DNA from: Chiloscyllium plagiosum
Lineage: Eukaryota
Direction of reading: 5' to 3'
Length of the DNA: 58,039 bases
NCBI RefSeq assembly: GCF_004010195.1
Contig: NC_057750.1
Coordinates: forward strand, 17,137,009-17,195,047
This document shows, one piece after another, positions 35,415 to 48,780 of the stretch. Each line of letters starts with the position of its first letter. Within the stretch, counting starts at the first letter, position 1. The notes under the pieces were generated by a model. It searched no databases and was not told the origin of the DNA. It saw nothing but the letters and a program-made list of their open reading frames with translations. A program made the translations under genes and the position numbers.

Positions 35415-36185
35415 TAGAGCATAGAACATAGGACATTACAGTGTAGTAGAGGCCCTTCGGCCCTCGATGTTGCGCCGACCTGTGAAGCTAATCTGAAGCC
35501 CATCTAACCTACACTATTCCATTCTCGTCCATGTGCTTATCCAATGACCATTTAAATGCCGGCAAAGTTGGCAGGCAGTGCGTTCCATGCCCCCACCACT
35601 CTCTGAGTAAAGAAACTATTTCTGACATCTGTCCTATATCTATCACCCCTCAATTTGAAGCTATGCCTCCTCATGCTATCTATCAACATCCGAGGAAAAA
35701 GGCTGTCACTGTCCAACTTATCTAACCCTCTGATTATCTTATATGTCTCAATAAAGTCTCTCAATAAAGTCACCTCTCAACCTTCTTCTCTCCAACAAAA
35801 ACAGCCTCAAATCCTGCAACCTTTCCTTGGAAGACCTTCCCTCCATACTAGGCAACATCCTAGCAAATGTCCTCTGAACCCTTTCCAAAGCTTCCACATT
35901 CTTTCTATAATACGATGACCAGAACTGTACGCAATACTCCAAATGTGGCCGCACCAGAGTTTTGTACAGCTGCAGCATGACCTCATGGTTCCGAAACTCA
36001 ATCCCTCTTCCAATAAAAGTTAACACACTGTATGGCTTCTAAACAGTCCTATCAACCTGGGTGGCAACTTTGAGGGATCTATGTACATGAACACTGAGAT
36101 CTCTCTGCTCATCTACACTACCAAGAATCTTACCATTCGCCCAGAACTCTGCATTCCTGGTACTCCTTCCAAAGTGAATCACCTC
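35415..36185 (-). mobile_element. CR1 LINE 3' fragment
   Basis: FIGRGIEFRNHEVMLQLYKTLVRPHLEYCVQFWS...RRLRGD. Confidence 0.9.
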
Positions 36186-36553
36186 AGTTGTCTCAAAGCT
36201 GAAACCTGAATGAATGAAGTCTGTGGTTTGTTGGTTCAGTCAGAGTCCAAAACCTTTATTCATCCATACAAGTGGCAGCTTTGGTGTGCCAGCCAGGTGG
36301 TATGCCTTCACTGCTTTTTGCACCATTCGCTCTTTTGCTCAAAGTCCATGCCAGTGCCTGCACTGTTTCACCTTCCTTGCTGAGGCTTCCAATGGCTGGG
36401 AGTAGTTTATACCCCACCCCACCCAGCAGTAGTTCCACTGTTGGATAAATAATTATATACAAAATTATTGGAGATTGTAACAACGACAATATAATAAATG
36501 TGAGTAACGTCTATCTCCATTAGACTGGACTACTCAACTTGGCAAAAGGTGTC

Positions 36554-36750
36554 TGTAGCGAGTGGAACAATGATAGTCAGGTAGATCTCATAGAATATGA
36601 CTTCCCTGATTGGGGCTGTTAACCTGGTCTAATCAGGGAGTCCTGCCTGACAGATGTAAATAGGAGTGTCAGGAATTCTGATCATCCTATGAGCCAGGTC
36701 TGTGCTAGCTGGGCCAGTGTCATGTACTATGCACATGTGTATAAAGGGTA
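36554..36750 (+). mobile_element. 3'-truncated LTR of the same Gypsy family
   Basis: tgtagcg...ttccctgattggggctgttaacctggtctaatcagggag...gtactatgcacatgtgtataaagggt. Confidence 0.8.
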
Positions 36751-36759
36751 TGTATAAAG

Positions 36760-38600
36760 GATAAAGCTACTTTAGATCTACTATTGTGATCGACAATGTC
36801 ATAGCAAATGTTTCACTTTGAAACAGTGATCACAACAGTTGAATTCCATGTTAAGTTCGTAAAGGAAATGCTTCAGTCACAAACAAGGATCTTAAAGCCA
36901 ATTTCTTGGTGTGAGCAGAAAGCTGACTCAAGTTGTTAGATAAATAGACTAAAAGTTGAAAACCAAAAATTCAATGAACAAGATCCATTTATGGCTCACT
37001 CAGGAGATTAAGGATAACATTAGATTCAAAGACGAGGATAATGTGATTGCATTTAGCTGGACATGACAAATTAGTGTGGATAAGGAAGCCAAGAGTAAGT
37101 TGTGACTAATAAAGTATTGCAAGGACTATTGCTGGGTCCTTAGACATTTTGAAACTTTAATAATATTTCAGTCAAAGAGACAAAGAGTAATGATCATAGA
37201 AAACTGATTAGAAAGGTAAGCAGTGAGGAAAACTGAAAACAAAAAGAGATTGCTAGAGATATAGACAGGTTATTGAATGGGTAAGGAAGCATATAATGTG
37301 GGGTAGTGTGTGATTCATTAACTTTGGTTGTACAAATAGAAAAGCAGAATATTTTTTAAGTCAAAGGACTGGATGTATTTTAGAAACTAGCATATCACCA
37401 TCAAAACATTGATAAAATGAGAAAATATAGAATGAGTAACTGAGAATATAAAAACAGTTTGTAAAACTTTTCTCAAGTAAATGAAAATAGTCGCTATGTA
37501 AACTTTAGTCCTGTAGAAGCAGAGACAGAAGGAATTATTATGGGGAAATGAGGAAATGGCAGAGATGTTGTACAAATATTGTCTATCTATCTTCACAGTA
37601 GAAGCCACAAGTTGCAATTGCATAAATAGAAAGTAATCCAAGAACTAATAAGAATGAGGAAATTAAGATCTTTAATACCAACAGAGCAAGAATGTGGGAG
37701 AAACTCAAGGACTTAAAACTGACGAACTATAAGGCCTGATGATTTACATCTTCAGATTCTAAAATAAACAGCTATAAGAGAAAATGGATGCGCTGGCTAC
37801 AATTTTTAAGCACACCCTCAATTCTGGAATAGTTCTCGAGGTTAGAAATTAGTAAATACAGCACTACTACTCTAGAAAGGAGTGAGAGAAAAACCAGAGA
37901 AGTACAGGTCAGTTAGCCTGACTTACATCATCGGGTAAGAATCTGTATTAAGAAAATCCTAATAATGAGCTTAGAAAAATACAGTATGATAAGAACAACT
38001 CAATTTTATGAAATTAAAATAGTTAATAAATTGAAAGGAGGAGATGTAGTATGCTTGGATTTTCAAAAGGCTTTCAATAAAGTGTCGCAGAGATGTTTAC
38101 CACTTTGTATAAGGGCTCATTTAGTTGGACATGGCATATTAGTGCGGATAAGGAAGCTGAGAGTAGGGATAAATAGCTCATGTTCATCTCAGCAAATTGT
38201 GACTAATGAAATATTGCAAGGACTGTTGCTGGGTCTTTAAACATTTAGAACCTTTAATAATCGTTTAGTCGAAGAGACAGAGAGTAATGATCATAGAAAC
38301 GGATTAGAAAGGTAAGCAGTGAAGAAAATTGAAAACAAAAAGAGATTGCTAGAGATATAGACAGGTTAATGAATGAGCAACAAAATGGCAGATCACATTT
38401 AGTGTGGAAAAGTGACAGGTTCATTCACTCTGATTTTACAAATAGAAAGCAGAATATCTTTTAAAGGTGTGAAACTTGTAATTTTTGATGTTGAGAGTGA
38501 TTTACAGGTGAACACCAAAATGTAACATGCAGCTTCAGTAAGCATATGGCACGATAAATGGCATGTTGTCCTTTATTCAAGGGCTGTCCTTTTCAATATT
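36760..38600 (+). mobile_element. Old CR1 ORF2 remnant with an internal duplication
   Basis: DVVCLDFQKAFNKVS and ILQGLLLG (RT motifs). Heavily decayed. Confidence 0.75.
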
Positions 38601-39239
38601 AAGAATTGTCATGAAGATATTGGTCTTCCATCCCTGTGTCTTCCAACTGCTGCCACCCCAGCCTGTCTCAAAAGGGAGTGAACATTCAGTCCTCTGTTCC
38701 TCATACTGGGCACATCTTTATTGTGGGCATTGTTTACATACAGATCAATTAGACACAGCATTATTCAGATCACCTTGTCTTTGTAAGAAGCAGTCTTATG
38801 GCTCCTGTTGCATAGCCACGTGAAACATGAGATACGGCACTGTTTCCTAATAGAACTATGAAGTTTTTATGAGAGCTATACAAACATATTTTGTTGCTGA
38901 TATAATGAAATATGTTGCAACTGTGTGTGATAGTTGCTGCAATATTAATAGCAGTAATATGAGGAGCTGTGGGTGATGATTATGTTTTGTTTATGTTTAC
39001 ATTAGTTTTGGTTTGTATTTTATTCATCAGAGGAATGTTGTTCCCCAGCACTTTTAAAAGTGCACAAGAAGGCCTCATAAATAATGAAAAGCTTTTATCT
39101 GAATTAAGGCTCAGGAAAGGCCCTTTAATAGAAGGATCAGCTATCATCATTGACTTCTTCATGAGTCTAACAATTTGTTTTTTGTATTTTCCACTCCATG
39201 TATAGTTCATCTGTTGATCTCAGACTTTCATGCAATTAT

Positions 39240-39605
39240 AAAGGGTTGCACGAGCAGAGAGACCGAGGGTGTATATGTGTATATTGAAGATGGCAGGACA
39301 GATGGAGATAGCAGTTAATAAAGTATTGTTCTAGGCTTTATTAATAGTGACACAGAATACAAGAGCAGGGAACTGTTGTTGAACTTGTACAAGACATTTG
39401 TTCGACCTCAGGAATGGGAAACTTCAGTTTTGACGAGTTAAGAAGGTTGAGAGGAGATTGGAGAGAGGTTTTCAAAATCATGAACAGGCTGGACAGAGTA
39501 GATAGAAAGAAGCTATTCCTGTAAAAGTAAAAAAGAATAAGAGGGCATAGATTTAAAGTAACCTGAGAAAAAAACCTTTCTCACACAGTGAGGAGTTAGG
39601 GTATG
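39240..39605 (+). mobile_element. CR1 3' remnant
   Basis: LGFINSDTEYKSRELLLNLYKTFVRPQ and RRLRGDWREVFKIM. Confidence 0.7.
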
Positions 39606-40404
39606 GAGTGAACTACGTCTTCAGAGTCAGAACAATATTGTCTCACATCTGGTGGAGACCAATTTCATCATCCCAAATCAGTGGGAATCTGACCAGTGTG
39701 GATCTCACCTCTGCTCAGTCTCTTTTCTTTGGTGTACCTCCCCAAGAACATTTTCCACCAGTAGCTGAAGTGAAGATACTTCCAAAAGTGACATCCCACT
39801 GCCTCTGGATTAGTTGACGGATAGGGACACAGGCACAGGAATATGTCATATGGTCCCTGGGGGACCATTCACAGTCACCAGTGATTGCCTTCTCCTCCCT
39901 GTGGAAACCTAATCACCTTCAGTCCCTTCAGAATTACCTCAGGAAACACTTAAACAATTGGAATGCAAATCACATTGCATGACTATCAGACATGTCATCC
40001 TTCACCTTCCTGGCATCTAGACATCAATTTGTACATTGATTGTAACGTAACTACCAAATGCATTCTGGCTGCCACATTTGTCCCAAGTCTATCACTGCCA
40101 TCTTCCTTTTTCTCTCCTTTTTCCCTCTTTGCTTTCATTCTTCCCATGAATTTTCACTGAAAGGCTACACTTTCTACATCTCGCTCCCTGTCAACCCAGT
40201 CATGATAGTTTAGCATTTACCTTTAATCATACTTTGGCCTCTTTGCCTACTGTTCTGTAACATCTCGCCTTCTCAACTTGTTCCATTCCTCACACTGTTC
40301 AATTAAAACCCTTGTTCTGTATCACACATGACTATCACATCAATTTGCTCATTGAGATGTCCTCTGCACTGACAGAATTCTCATCCTTAGTGATTTGAGC
40401 TTTC

Positions 40405-41500
40405 ACAGAGTCATACAACACGGAAACAAACCTTTCAGTCCAACCAGTCCATGCTGAACATAATCCCAAACTAAACTAATCCCACCTGCCTGCTTCTGGC
40501 CCATTTCCCTCCAAATCTTTCCTATTCCTATATCTATCCAAGTGTCTTTTAAGCATTGTAAATGTATGCTCATCCATCTCTTTCTCAGGAAGTTAATTTC
40601 ACGCTCAAACCACCCTCTGTGCAAAAAACATTCTTCTTCTGTCTTTTTAAAATGTGCTCCCTCATCTTGAAATCCCCCATCCTATGGAAAAGACAACTAC
40701 CATTAACTCTATCTATGCCTCGCATTAATTCATAAGTTCATAAGATATAGGAACAGAATTGGGCCATTCACCCCATTGGGTCTGCACCGTCATTTGATCG
40801 TGCTCCTCACCCCCATTTTCCTGCCTTCTATTCATATACCTTCAACCCATTACCAATTAAAAATCTGTTCAACTCCTCCTCAAATTTACTTACTGTCCCA
40901 GCATCCACTGTACTTTGGGGTAGTGAATTCCACAGATTCACAACCTTTTCAGAGAAGTAGTTTCTCCTCAATTCTGTTTTAAATTTGCTGCCCCTTATCC
41001 TAAGACTGTGATCTCTCATCCTGGAATGCCCCAGAAGAGGAAGTATCCGCTATTTCATCTACACCTTTTATCATCTTGAATACCTCGATTTGATCTCACC
41101 TCGTTCTTCTAAATTCCAGAGAGTGTAGTTCTAAACTGTAAAATCTCTCTTCATGCGACAAACGCCTCGTCTCTGGGATCAATCGCGTGAATTCCTCTTA
41201 ACTGCCTCTAATGCCACTACACCTTTCCTCAAATAAGGGGACCAAAACTGTGCACAATACTCCAGGTGCGGTCTCACCAATACCTTGTATACCTTGCAAG
41301 GTATTGATGAATTTCTGCAGTACATCTTGTGGATAGTAGACACTGGTGGTACTGAGCCTGAGTGGTGAAGGGAGTGGATGATTGTCAATGTGCTACCAAT
41401 CAAATGGGTTGTTTTTGTCCTGGATGGTGTCAAACTTTTCCAATGTTGTTGGAACTGCACCCATCCAGACAAATAGGGAGTATTCCATCACACTCCTTGT
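40405..41500 (-). mobile_element. Stacked CR1-group 3' fragments
   Basis: HSLRIRGSKFKTELRRNYFSEKVVNLWNSLP and YKVLVRPHLEYCAQFWSPYLRK. Confidence 0.85.
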
Positions 41501-41589
41501 TTAGGATTGTGCACAGGCTTTTCCAGCAGTGCTTAAGTCAGTGAATTACTGGTCAGTGTTGTCCAAGTCACTGGATCACTGTCCTCTGT

Positions 41590-42310
41590 GGGGTAGTCTG
41601 ACTCCGGGCGGCTCCATTCTGGCTAATGCTGGAGAGAGAACGGGAGTGAGGCAAAAGCAGCAGAGGGTGTGGTTTCGGGCGATTCTGTTCAGAACCGGCT
41701 CCGCGAGGTTGGAGAGAGCTGGCGGAAGGCAGAAGGTCAGTAACACATTTCGTGTCAGCATTGGCGTTGTGCACACATTTACTCTGCCAGCAATCTTAAT
41801 ATTCCCAATACATTGCTGCAGTGCAATTAGCGAAGACGTACAGGGGAGAGGCAACATTTTAAGTAGTTTTTTTTTAAACCTGTGGGATGAGGTGCAATCC
41901 GGGCGTATTCCTTCATCTGTCATTGGGGTACTAGGTCAGGCTGTGCAATCCCTTGCCTGAGGCTCCTCCTGTCTGCCTGCATTTTCTAACATTGTTGGGC
42001 GTTTGGTTAAAGGGGACAAGTTCTACTCCACGGGGACTGAGCTAACCCTTCTGTCGAATCATTGCGGATAAATGAGTGTGAGGAGGATTGGTGGCAATGC
42101 CGATCCTCTCTTAAAGCACGTTTTCCAACGCTTTTAATGTAAGGAGCTGGTCCTGCACCGGGTGAGGCATCCTGCCACAACTCTGCCTCCCCTCACCCTG
42201 TGGTGCCTGCTCGGACAGAGTAGTATTGTGAAGATGTATTTTGAAGATGTGTTCCATTGTACAGGCGGGAGGTTGGGGGTGGCATGGGAGGGGGCGCGGT
42301 TCTATCAGTT
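41590..42310. promoter_or_regulatory. CpG-retaining non-repetitive island; candidate promoter or first exon
   Basis: Visibly more CG dinucleotides than the flanks, GC-box-like gggcgg/ggcggg, and a possible plus-strand donor gaag|GTCAGT near 41735. No repeat recognised. Confidence 0.35.
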
Positions 42311-42899
42311 TTGCATCACTTATAATGTTATGCTGGCAAGAAAATAAATTCTAACCACTTCACTCACTATCAGAGCATGCAAACAATGATTTTGGCAGCA
42401 TCTTATTTTCCAGAAAGGCTGTGAAATGGGACTGAATGAACTGAACCTATTTGTTAAGTGGGTCTAGGCAGATTGTCGGTCTTTTTTTGGTAGTCCTTGG
42501 CTTTCTATAAAAAAAGTGAAATGTGATAAATGGGAATGAAAAGCAGAAGGCATTGGATTAGTCCATCTAATGGGATGGTTCTCACTTAAGAGCAGGGAGA
42601 TTTAGAGGAGACTGCATAAAGGCATTCCAAATTCTGCAAGGTTTTGACAGTAAGGAGAGCTTCGCTCTAGTGGCAGGAGGATTAGTAACCAGAGACCAAG
42701 AGGTAAGTGGCAGTAGGAGTTACTATGAACCAGAATCAGACACTGCCTGAAAGAATGCTGGAGGCAGATTCTAAACTAACTTCCAAAAGAGAATTAGATA
42801 TACTGAAAACTAGCACTAATAAGGTTGCCATGAAATCATGAATCAATTGCTATAAAACACTATCTGTTCCACTAATACCCTTTAGGGAAGATTTATTTC

Positions 42900-45800
42900 T
42901 TGCACAGTATGTAGGCATTACTGCCTCGGCCAATATTTTCTGCCCATCACTAATTGCTCATGAGAAGATAATGCCTTGAAAAACTGAAGTTCTTGAGGTG
43001 TAGGGTCACCCACAGTGTTGTTTGGAGGAAATTTTGGACTCTGTCACAGTGAAGAAATGGTAATATATTTCAAAGTTAGGATGGTGAATGACTTGGAGGA
43101 CAACTTGCAGGTGGTGTGTTCCCATGTTCCTGCTGGCCTTGACCTGCTAGGTGGTGGATAGTTTGGAAGGATCTGTTGAAAGGAGCCTGAGTGAGTTGCT
43201 GCAGTGCAACTTGTAGGTGGTGCACACTGCTGCTGCTGTGTTAGTGTAGAGGGAGTGGGTGTTTGTGAATGTGGTGCCAATTAAGTGGGCTGCTTTGTCC
43301 TGGATGGTGTTGAGCTTCTTGTGTTGTTGGAGCTGCACTCATTTAGGCAAAAGTGAGGACTGCAGATGCTGGAATCCAGAGTTTAGACCAGAGTGGTGCT
43401 GGAGAAGCACAGCAGGTCAGGCAGCATCCAAGGAGCAGGAAAATCGAGGTTTTGGGCAAAAACCCTTCATCAGGAATAGAGGCAGGAAGCCTCCATAGTA
43501 GAGAGATAAATAGGGGGGGGGAGAGGGGAGGCTGGGGAGAAGGTAACCAAGAGTACAATAGGTGAATGGGGGTGGGGATGGAGGTGATAGGTCAGAGAGG
43601 AGGGTGGAGCAGATAGGTGGGAAGGGAGATTGGCAGGTAGGACAGGTCATGCTTTTTGCTGAGTATAAACATAGGAATAGAAATAGGGCATTAAACTGGT
43701 TGATCCAGCTTCACCATTTAATACAATCATGGGTGATCGAACACTTTTTACTCACACAACCTCCATAATCCTTTACAGCATTGCTATCGATCTCTATTTT
43801 AAACAGGACTTTCAGTGCCCTCTGGGGCAGAAAATTCCAAAGATTCACCACCCTATGAATAAAGGAATTTCTCCTCTTCTTGGTCCTAAGTAGCATCCCC
43901 TTTACTTTTAATATGTTCCTCCTGGCTTTATGGTCCTCGGTACTTGGAGGGAAACTTGCCCAATCCCCCTTGCTAACACCTTGGTGCTTGTGCCAAAATT
44001 GGAGAGTTGACTCATAGATTTGTCAAGCAATAGTCTGACATTGTCATACTCTCAGAAATCATGGCTTACGATGTCCCAGATATACTATTACAAATCCTGG
44101 GTATATCCTATCCTACCGACAGACATGGCGGCACAGTGATATATAATCAGGAAGGATTTGCTCTGAGTGTCCTCAACATTAATTCCAGACCCCATGAAGT
44201 CTCATGGTATCAACATGGCCAAGTTGCTGATTACCAACTAACATCCTCTTTCAGTTGATGAATCTGCATTCCTCCATGTCAAATAGCATTTGGAGGATGC
44301 ACTGAGGGTGACAAAGGTACATGTTATACTCACGGAGGGGAATTTCAAAATCCATCACCAAGGGTGGCCTAATCACATAACTGAGCTGGCAAGCTCCTGA
44401 AGAATATATCTGCCAGGCTGGGTCTCAGCAGGTGTTGAAGGAATCAACAAGAGTAAAAAGCCTTATAAATCTTGACCACATCAATCTACCTGTCACAAAT
44501 GTATTTGTCCACAACAGTATAGGAAACAGGTACCAGCACACAGGTCCTCATGGAGACAAAGTCCAGCTTTCATAGGACACCCTGTTGGGTGGCATTGCTG
44601 CTCTACCAATTGGGACTGATCTTAGACAGATATAGCAATTTACGACTAGGTATTGTAGGTCATCAGCAGCAACAGAATTGTACTCAAACACAATCCACAA
44701 CCTCATGGCCTTGCAAATCTCCCACTCTGTAATTACCATCAAGTTAAGGGATCAACCCTGTCTCAATGAAGAGTGGAGGTGGGAATGCCAGGAGCAGAAC
44801 CAGGTAAACCTAACAGTGAGGTGTCAACCTCTCAGTATAGGTACCTCTTTCCTATACTGTTGTGGAGGGGTGAAGCTACAAAACAGGATTATTTACATAC
44901 CAGCTAGTGGAAGCAACAAGTGATAGATAAAGCTAAATGATCCAGTGAATGAATCAGATATAAGCTCTGCAGTTCTGCCATATCTAATTGTGAATGATGG
45001 CAAACAGTTGAACAACTAATTGGAGGGAAAGGCTCCATAAACATTCCCATCCTCAACAATAGGGGACACTTGCAAATCTGTGCAAAAAATAAGGCTGAAG
45101 CATTTGCATCCATCTTCAGCCAGAAATGTCAAGTGGATGATCCATCTCAGCTTCATCTCGACATCTCCAGCTCACAGATGTCAATCTTTAACCAATTTCA
45201 TTCATTCCACATAATTTCAAGAAACAGTTGAAGGCTCTGGATACCGGGGGCAGGACCTTGGAAATTGCCTGGCAATAGTGTCAAAGGTCCAAGATCCAAT
45301 CCAAGCCTCCTGAACCTACACTCAATTGTTTGTAAAGTGATGGAAGCTGTCATTGCCAGTGCTATCGATGCCTGATCACTGGTGCTTTCTTAGTTCCTGC
45401 CAATATTACTCAGCTTCTTAACTCATTAAAGTCTCGGTAAATCGGACTGAAAGAACTGAACTGTGGAGGTGAGCTGAGAGTGACAGCCCTTGGACCATCA
45501 AGAAAGTATTTGACTGATGAATGTCACTGCAGGAGTTCCAGGATTTCTTTTTTATTTTAACCTATTCTTCCAAATCAACCTATTCAGAGACGTTATTACA
45601 CATTTCTGGAGCAGATGAAACTTGAACCCAAGCCTCCCGGTTCAGGATTAGGGACACTATCATTGCATCACCACAGGACCACTGGAGTTCCAGGATAGTG
45701 CCCTGGGCCCAGTTGTTATCAGCTGCTTTGCTCTGATGTCTCTGAGGATTGCAAAATGGTCAGTGCTTTTCGCAGCTTCGAAAATAATAAGCAGGGTCTT

Positions 45801-45900
45801 GTGTCCATATGCAGCGAGATCTGGACAGTGTTCAGGTTTGGATTGATATCTGGCAAGAATGTTCCTTTATACAGCATGACAATTAAAGATGGGTAACAAA
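42900..45900. mobile_element. Cluster of CR1/L2-group LINE remnants (both strands) with a minus-strand Penelope 3' end at ~43350-43650
   Basis: KLNTIQDKAAHLIGT (minus) and YPTDRHGGTVIY (plus). The pLTR reads cctgatgaagggtttttgcccaaaacctcga on the minus strand. Confidence 0.7.
45545..45680 (-). mobile_element. Short tRNA-like SINE fragment (second copy ~52110-52220)
   Basis: The two loci share ttcaga..gtta(t)..cac...gga..acttgaaccc...gggacacta. The minus strand has a B-box-like gggttcaagt. Confidence 0.45.
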
Positions 45901-45930
45901 TATTGATCAGCAACAAAACCCACATCTTAT

Positions 45931-46430
45931 NNNNNNNNNNNNNNNNNNNNNNNNNNNNNNNNNNNNNNNNNNNNNNNNNNNNNNNNNNNNNNNNNNNNNN
46001 NNNNNNNNNNNNNNNNNNNNNNNNNNNNNNNNNNNNNNNNNNNNNNNNNNNNNNNNNNNNNNNNNNNNNNNNNNNNNNNNNNNNNNNNNNNNNNNNNNNN
46101 NNNNNNNNNNNNNNNNNNNNNNNNNNNNNNNNNNNNNNNNNNNNNNNNNNNNNNNNNNNNNNNNNNNNNNNNNNNNNNNNNNNNNNNNNNNNNNNNNNNN
46201 NNNNNNNNNNNNNNNNNNNNNNNNNNNNNNNNNNNNNNNNNNNNNNNNNNNNNNNNNNNNNNNNNNNNNNNNNNNNNNNNNNNNNNNNNNNNNNNNNNNN
46301 NNNNNNNNNNNNNNNNNNNNNNNNNNNNNNNNNNNNNNNNNNNNNNNNNNNNNNNNNNNNNNNNNNNNNNNNNNNNNNNNNNNNNNNNNNNNNNNNNNNN
46401 NNNNNNNNNNNNNNNNNNNNNNNNNNNNNN
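45931..46430. other. Assembly gap
   Basis: 500 N. Confidence 1.
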
Positions 46431-46985
46431 GCTGAATGCTCTGGGTAAATGGATTCAAATCCCACCACAACTGGTGGAATTTAATTTCAATAAATAAAAT
46501 ATCTGAAGTTCAAAATAGGCACTGTAGTAATGAAATCTTTATTGATTGTTAGGAAAACCAACTATTCATCTGGTTCACTTAAGGGAGGGAAATTTGCCCT
46601 CCTTACCTGGTCTGGCCTACATGTGACTCCAGCCTGATAGCAATCTGATGAGCTTTTCTCAAGACAGTTAGGGCTGGTTGATAAATGATAGCCTTACCAG
46701 CAACAGCCACACCTTCTAAACAAATGAAAAACATACATAGCTCAGCAATGGCATTCTTGCCTTCAATCAAAAGGTTGTGAACTCATGCCTCACTGCAAGA
46801 GATGTGAATATAACATTTGGTGTGACTATATTGTGCAATTCTGAGGAAATGTTGCAGAATACTGACCTTCACATAAACTGGTAAACTAAAGCTGCATCTG
46901 CCCTCCGAGGAGAGTTAATAGACTCCAGGGCCATTAATTTGAAGAAGGCCAAAGGAATTTGGTCACCTGATATAATATCTCCTGA
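46431..46985 (+). mobile_element. Two adjacent old SINE remnants; the second (~46735-46985) is Deu-domain-like
   Basis: First: a B-box-like gattcaaatccc and ccttacctggtctggcctacatgtgactccag. Second: taaactaaagctgcatctgccctcc...ccagggccattaatttgaagaag, resembling the Deu domain. Confidence 0.5.
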
Positions 46986-47469
46986 TGTGCTTTATTTTCT
47001 TTTTGTTTAATTTTAAAATTAATTCTTCAGATGTAGGCATCACTGATATTTATTGTCTGTCCCTAATTGCCCTTGAGAAGATAGTGGTGTACCTCCTCTT
47101 GAACTGCTGCAGTCCGTGTGATGTAGGTAGCTGGAGTGCTGTTAGGAGAGAGATACAGGATATTGACCCAGAGACAGTGAAGAAATGTGATAATGTTCCA
47201 GATTTTCTGCTGACCAGTTAGTTGTTATTGCAACATCGATGGGAGTTGCACACAGGGATCCTGTGGGATCTTAATTGTAATACGCACCAAAAGAGTTGAC
47301 TGGGATACTGAAAATCCTGCTAGGCAATTACTCAATGCTGGACCCCTCTGAACATATCTGTTTTAATCAGAGATTCAGATGGACTCAGTGAAATTAAGTA
47401 AATAAGTATTCAGGATTTATTCAACTGCGTAACTATTCAACTGACCCCATACTTACCTCATACATCCCA

Positions 47470-48780
47470 AATGTACTTTCCCCAGATCCACTTTACATGG
47501 CCTAACCCTAACTGGAGATTCCTTGGATCTGATAACCATGTCGTGTTCTGAACCAACTCTCCTCTTCCCCCACTCTGGACCCCACATTCGATTCACCTGC
47601 TCCATACTCATGCCTCCTTTCCCTAGTCCTGGGCAACTCCCCATTTCCCCTACTTCTGACCAACTCTCAGTTAACTGACTGCAGACTCAATCCACCTTTT
47701 CCCACTGCAGACCCACTCCTCCCTTTGTGTGCTCCTCATTTTCCCTGCTCTGGTCCAATTCCCCACTTTCTCCACTCTAGGACCACTTCCCCATCCCAAC
47801 TCTGGACCCACTCTGCTCTTTCCTCGCTCTGGACCCCGCTCCCATTTCATCTGCTCCAGATTGAGTCCCCCTTTCTCTGGCTCCAGGCTCACTCCCCACC
47901 TCCCCTACTTACAGCTGACTCCCAACTACCTGACTGCACACCCATTCCCAATTACCCCACTCCAGACCCACTCCTCCCTTTGTCTGCTCTGGGCCCATTC
48001 CCCACTTCCCCTGCTCTGGATCAACTCCCCTCTCCCTGATGGTGGGGCAGCACAGTGGCTCAGTGGTTCGCACTGCTGCCTCACAGCACTGGGTCCCAGG
48101 TTTGATTCCAGCCTTAGGCAACTGTCTATGTGGAGTTTGCACATTCTCCTCGTGTCTGCATGGGTTCCTTCCGGGTGTTACGGTTTCGTCCCACAACCCA
48201 AAGATGTGCAGGGTATGTAGATTGGCCATACTAAATTGTCCATAATTTTAGGTGCATTAGTCAAAGGGAAATGGGTCTGGGTGGGTTTCTCTTCAGAGGG
48301 TCAGTGTAGACCTGTTGGGCCGAAGGGCCTGTTTCCACACTGTAGGGGATCTAATCTAATTTAAATCTAATCGTAACTACCCCCCTATCCCCAATCTGGA
48401 CCCAGACCCCATCTCCCATCTCAGACCCAGTTTCCCCCATGCCCTGGTCTGGACCCCACTCCTGAATCATTCTGCCCAGAAACACTGCCTCTTTCCCTTG
48501 CTCCAGGCCCATTTCTAATTCTTCCATTCTGGACTCACTCCTCTTTACCCCATTGTGGACCCACTTCTCTCTTTGTCCACTTAGGGCTCCCCTAACCCCT
48601 CCCCAGACCCTGCTCTGGACTCAGTCCCTCCTTCCCCTGCTCTGGATTCACTGTCCCTTTCCCCACTCCCAATTCACGTACTCTCCCTTCCTCCATTACA
48701 CCATTCCCATGTTCTAGACTCAGTACAACCTTCACTCACCTCAGACTTACTCCCTCCTTTCCCTGACTCCGGACTCCGAA
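47470..48780. repeat. Degenerate C/T-rich tandem repeat (core ctctggacccca), split by a SINE
   Basis: The motif (tg)ctctggac(c/t)ca recurs many times in a strongly pyrimidine-skewed tract. Confidence 0.7.
48044..48360 (+). mobile_element. HE1-like SINE
   Basis: ggcagcacagtggctcagtgg head, V-domain, and a (taatc)n tail. Confidence 0.9.

Noticed and set aside
38969..39210. Overlapping short ORFs on both strands as an exon
   Set aside because: No convincing donor/acceptor pair and no recognisable homology.
45719..46470. ORFs spanning the 500-N gap
   Set aside because: Gap artefacts.
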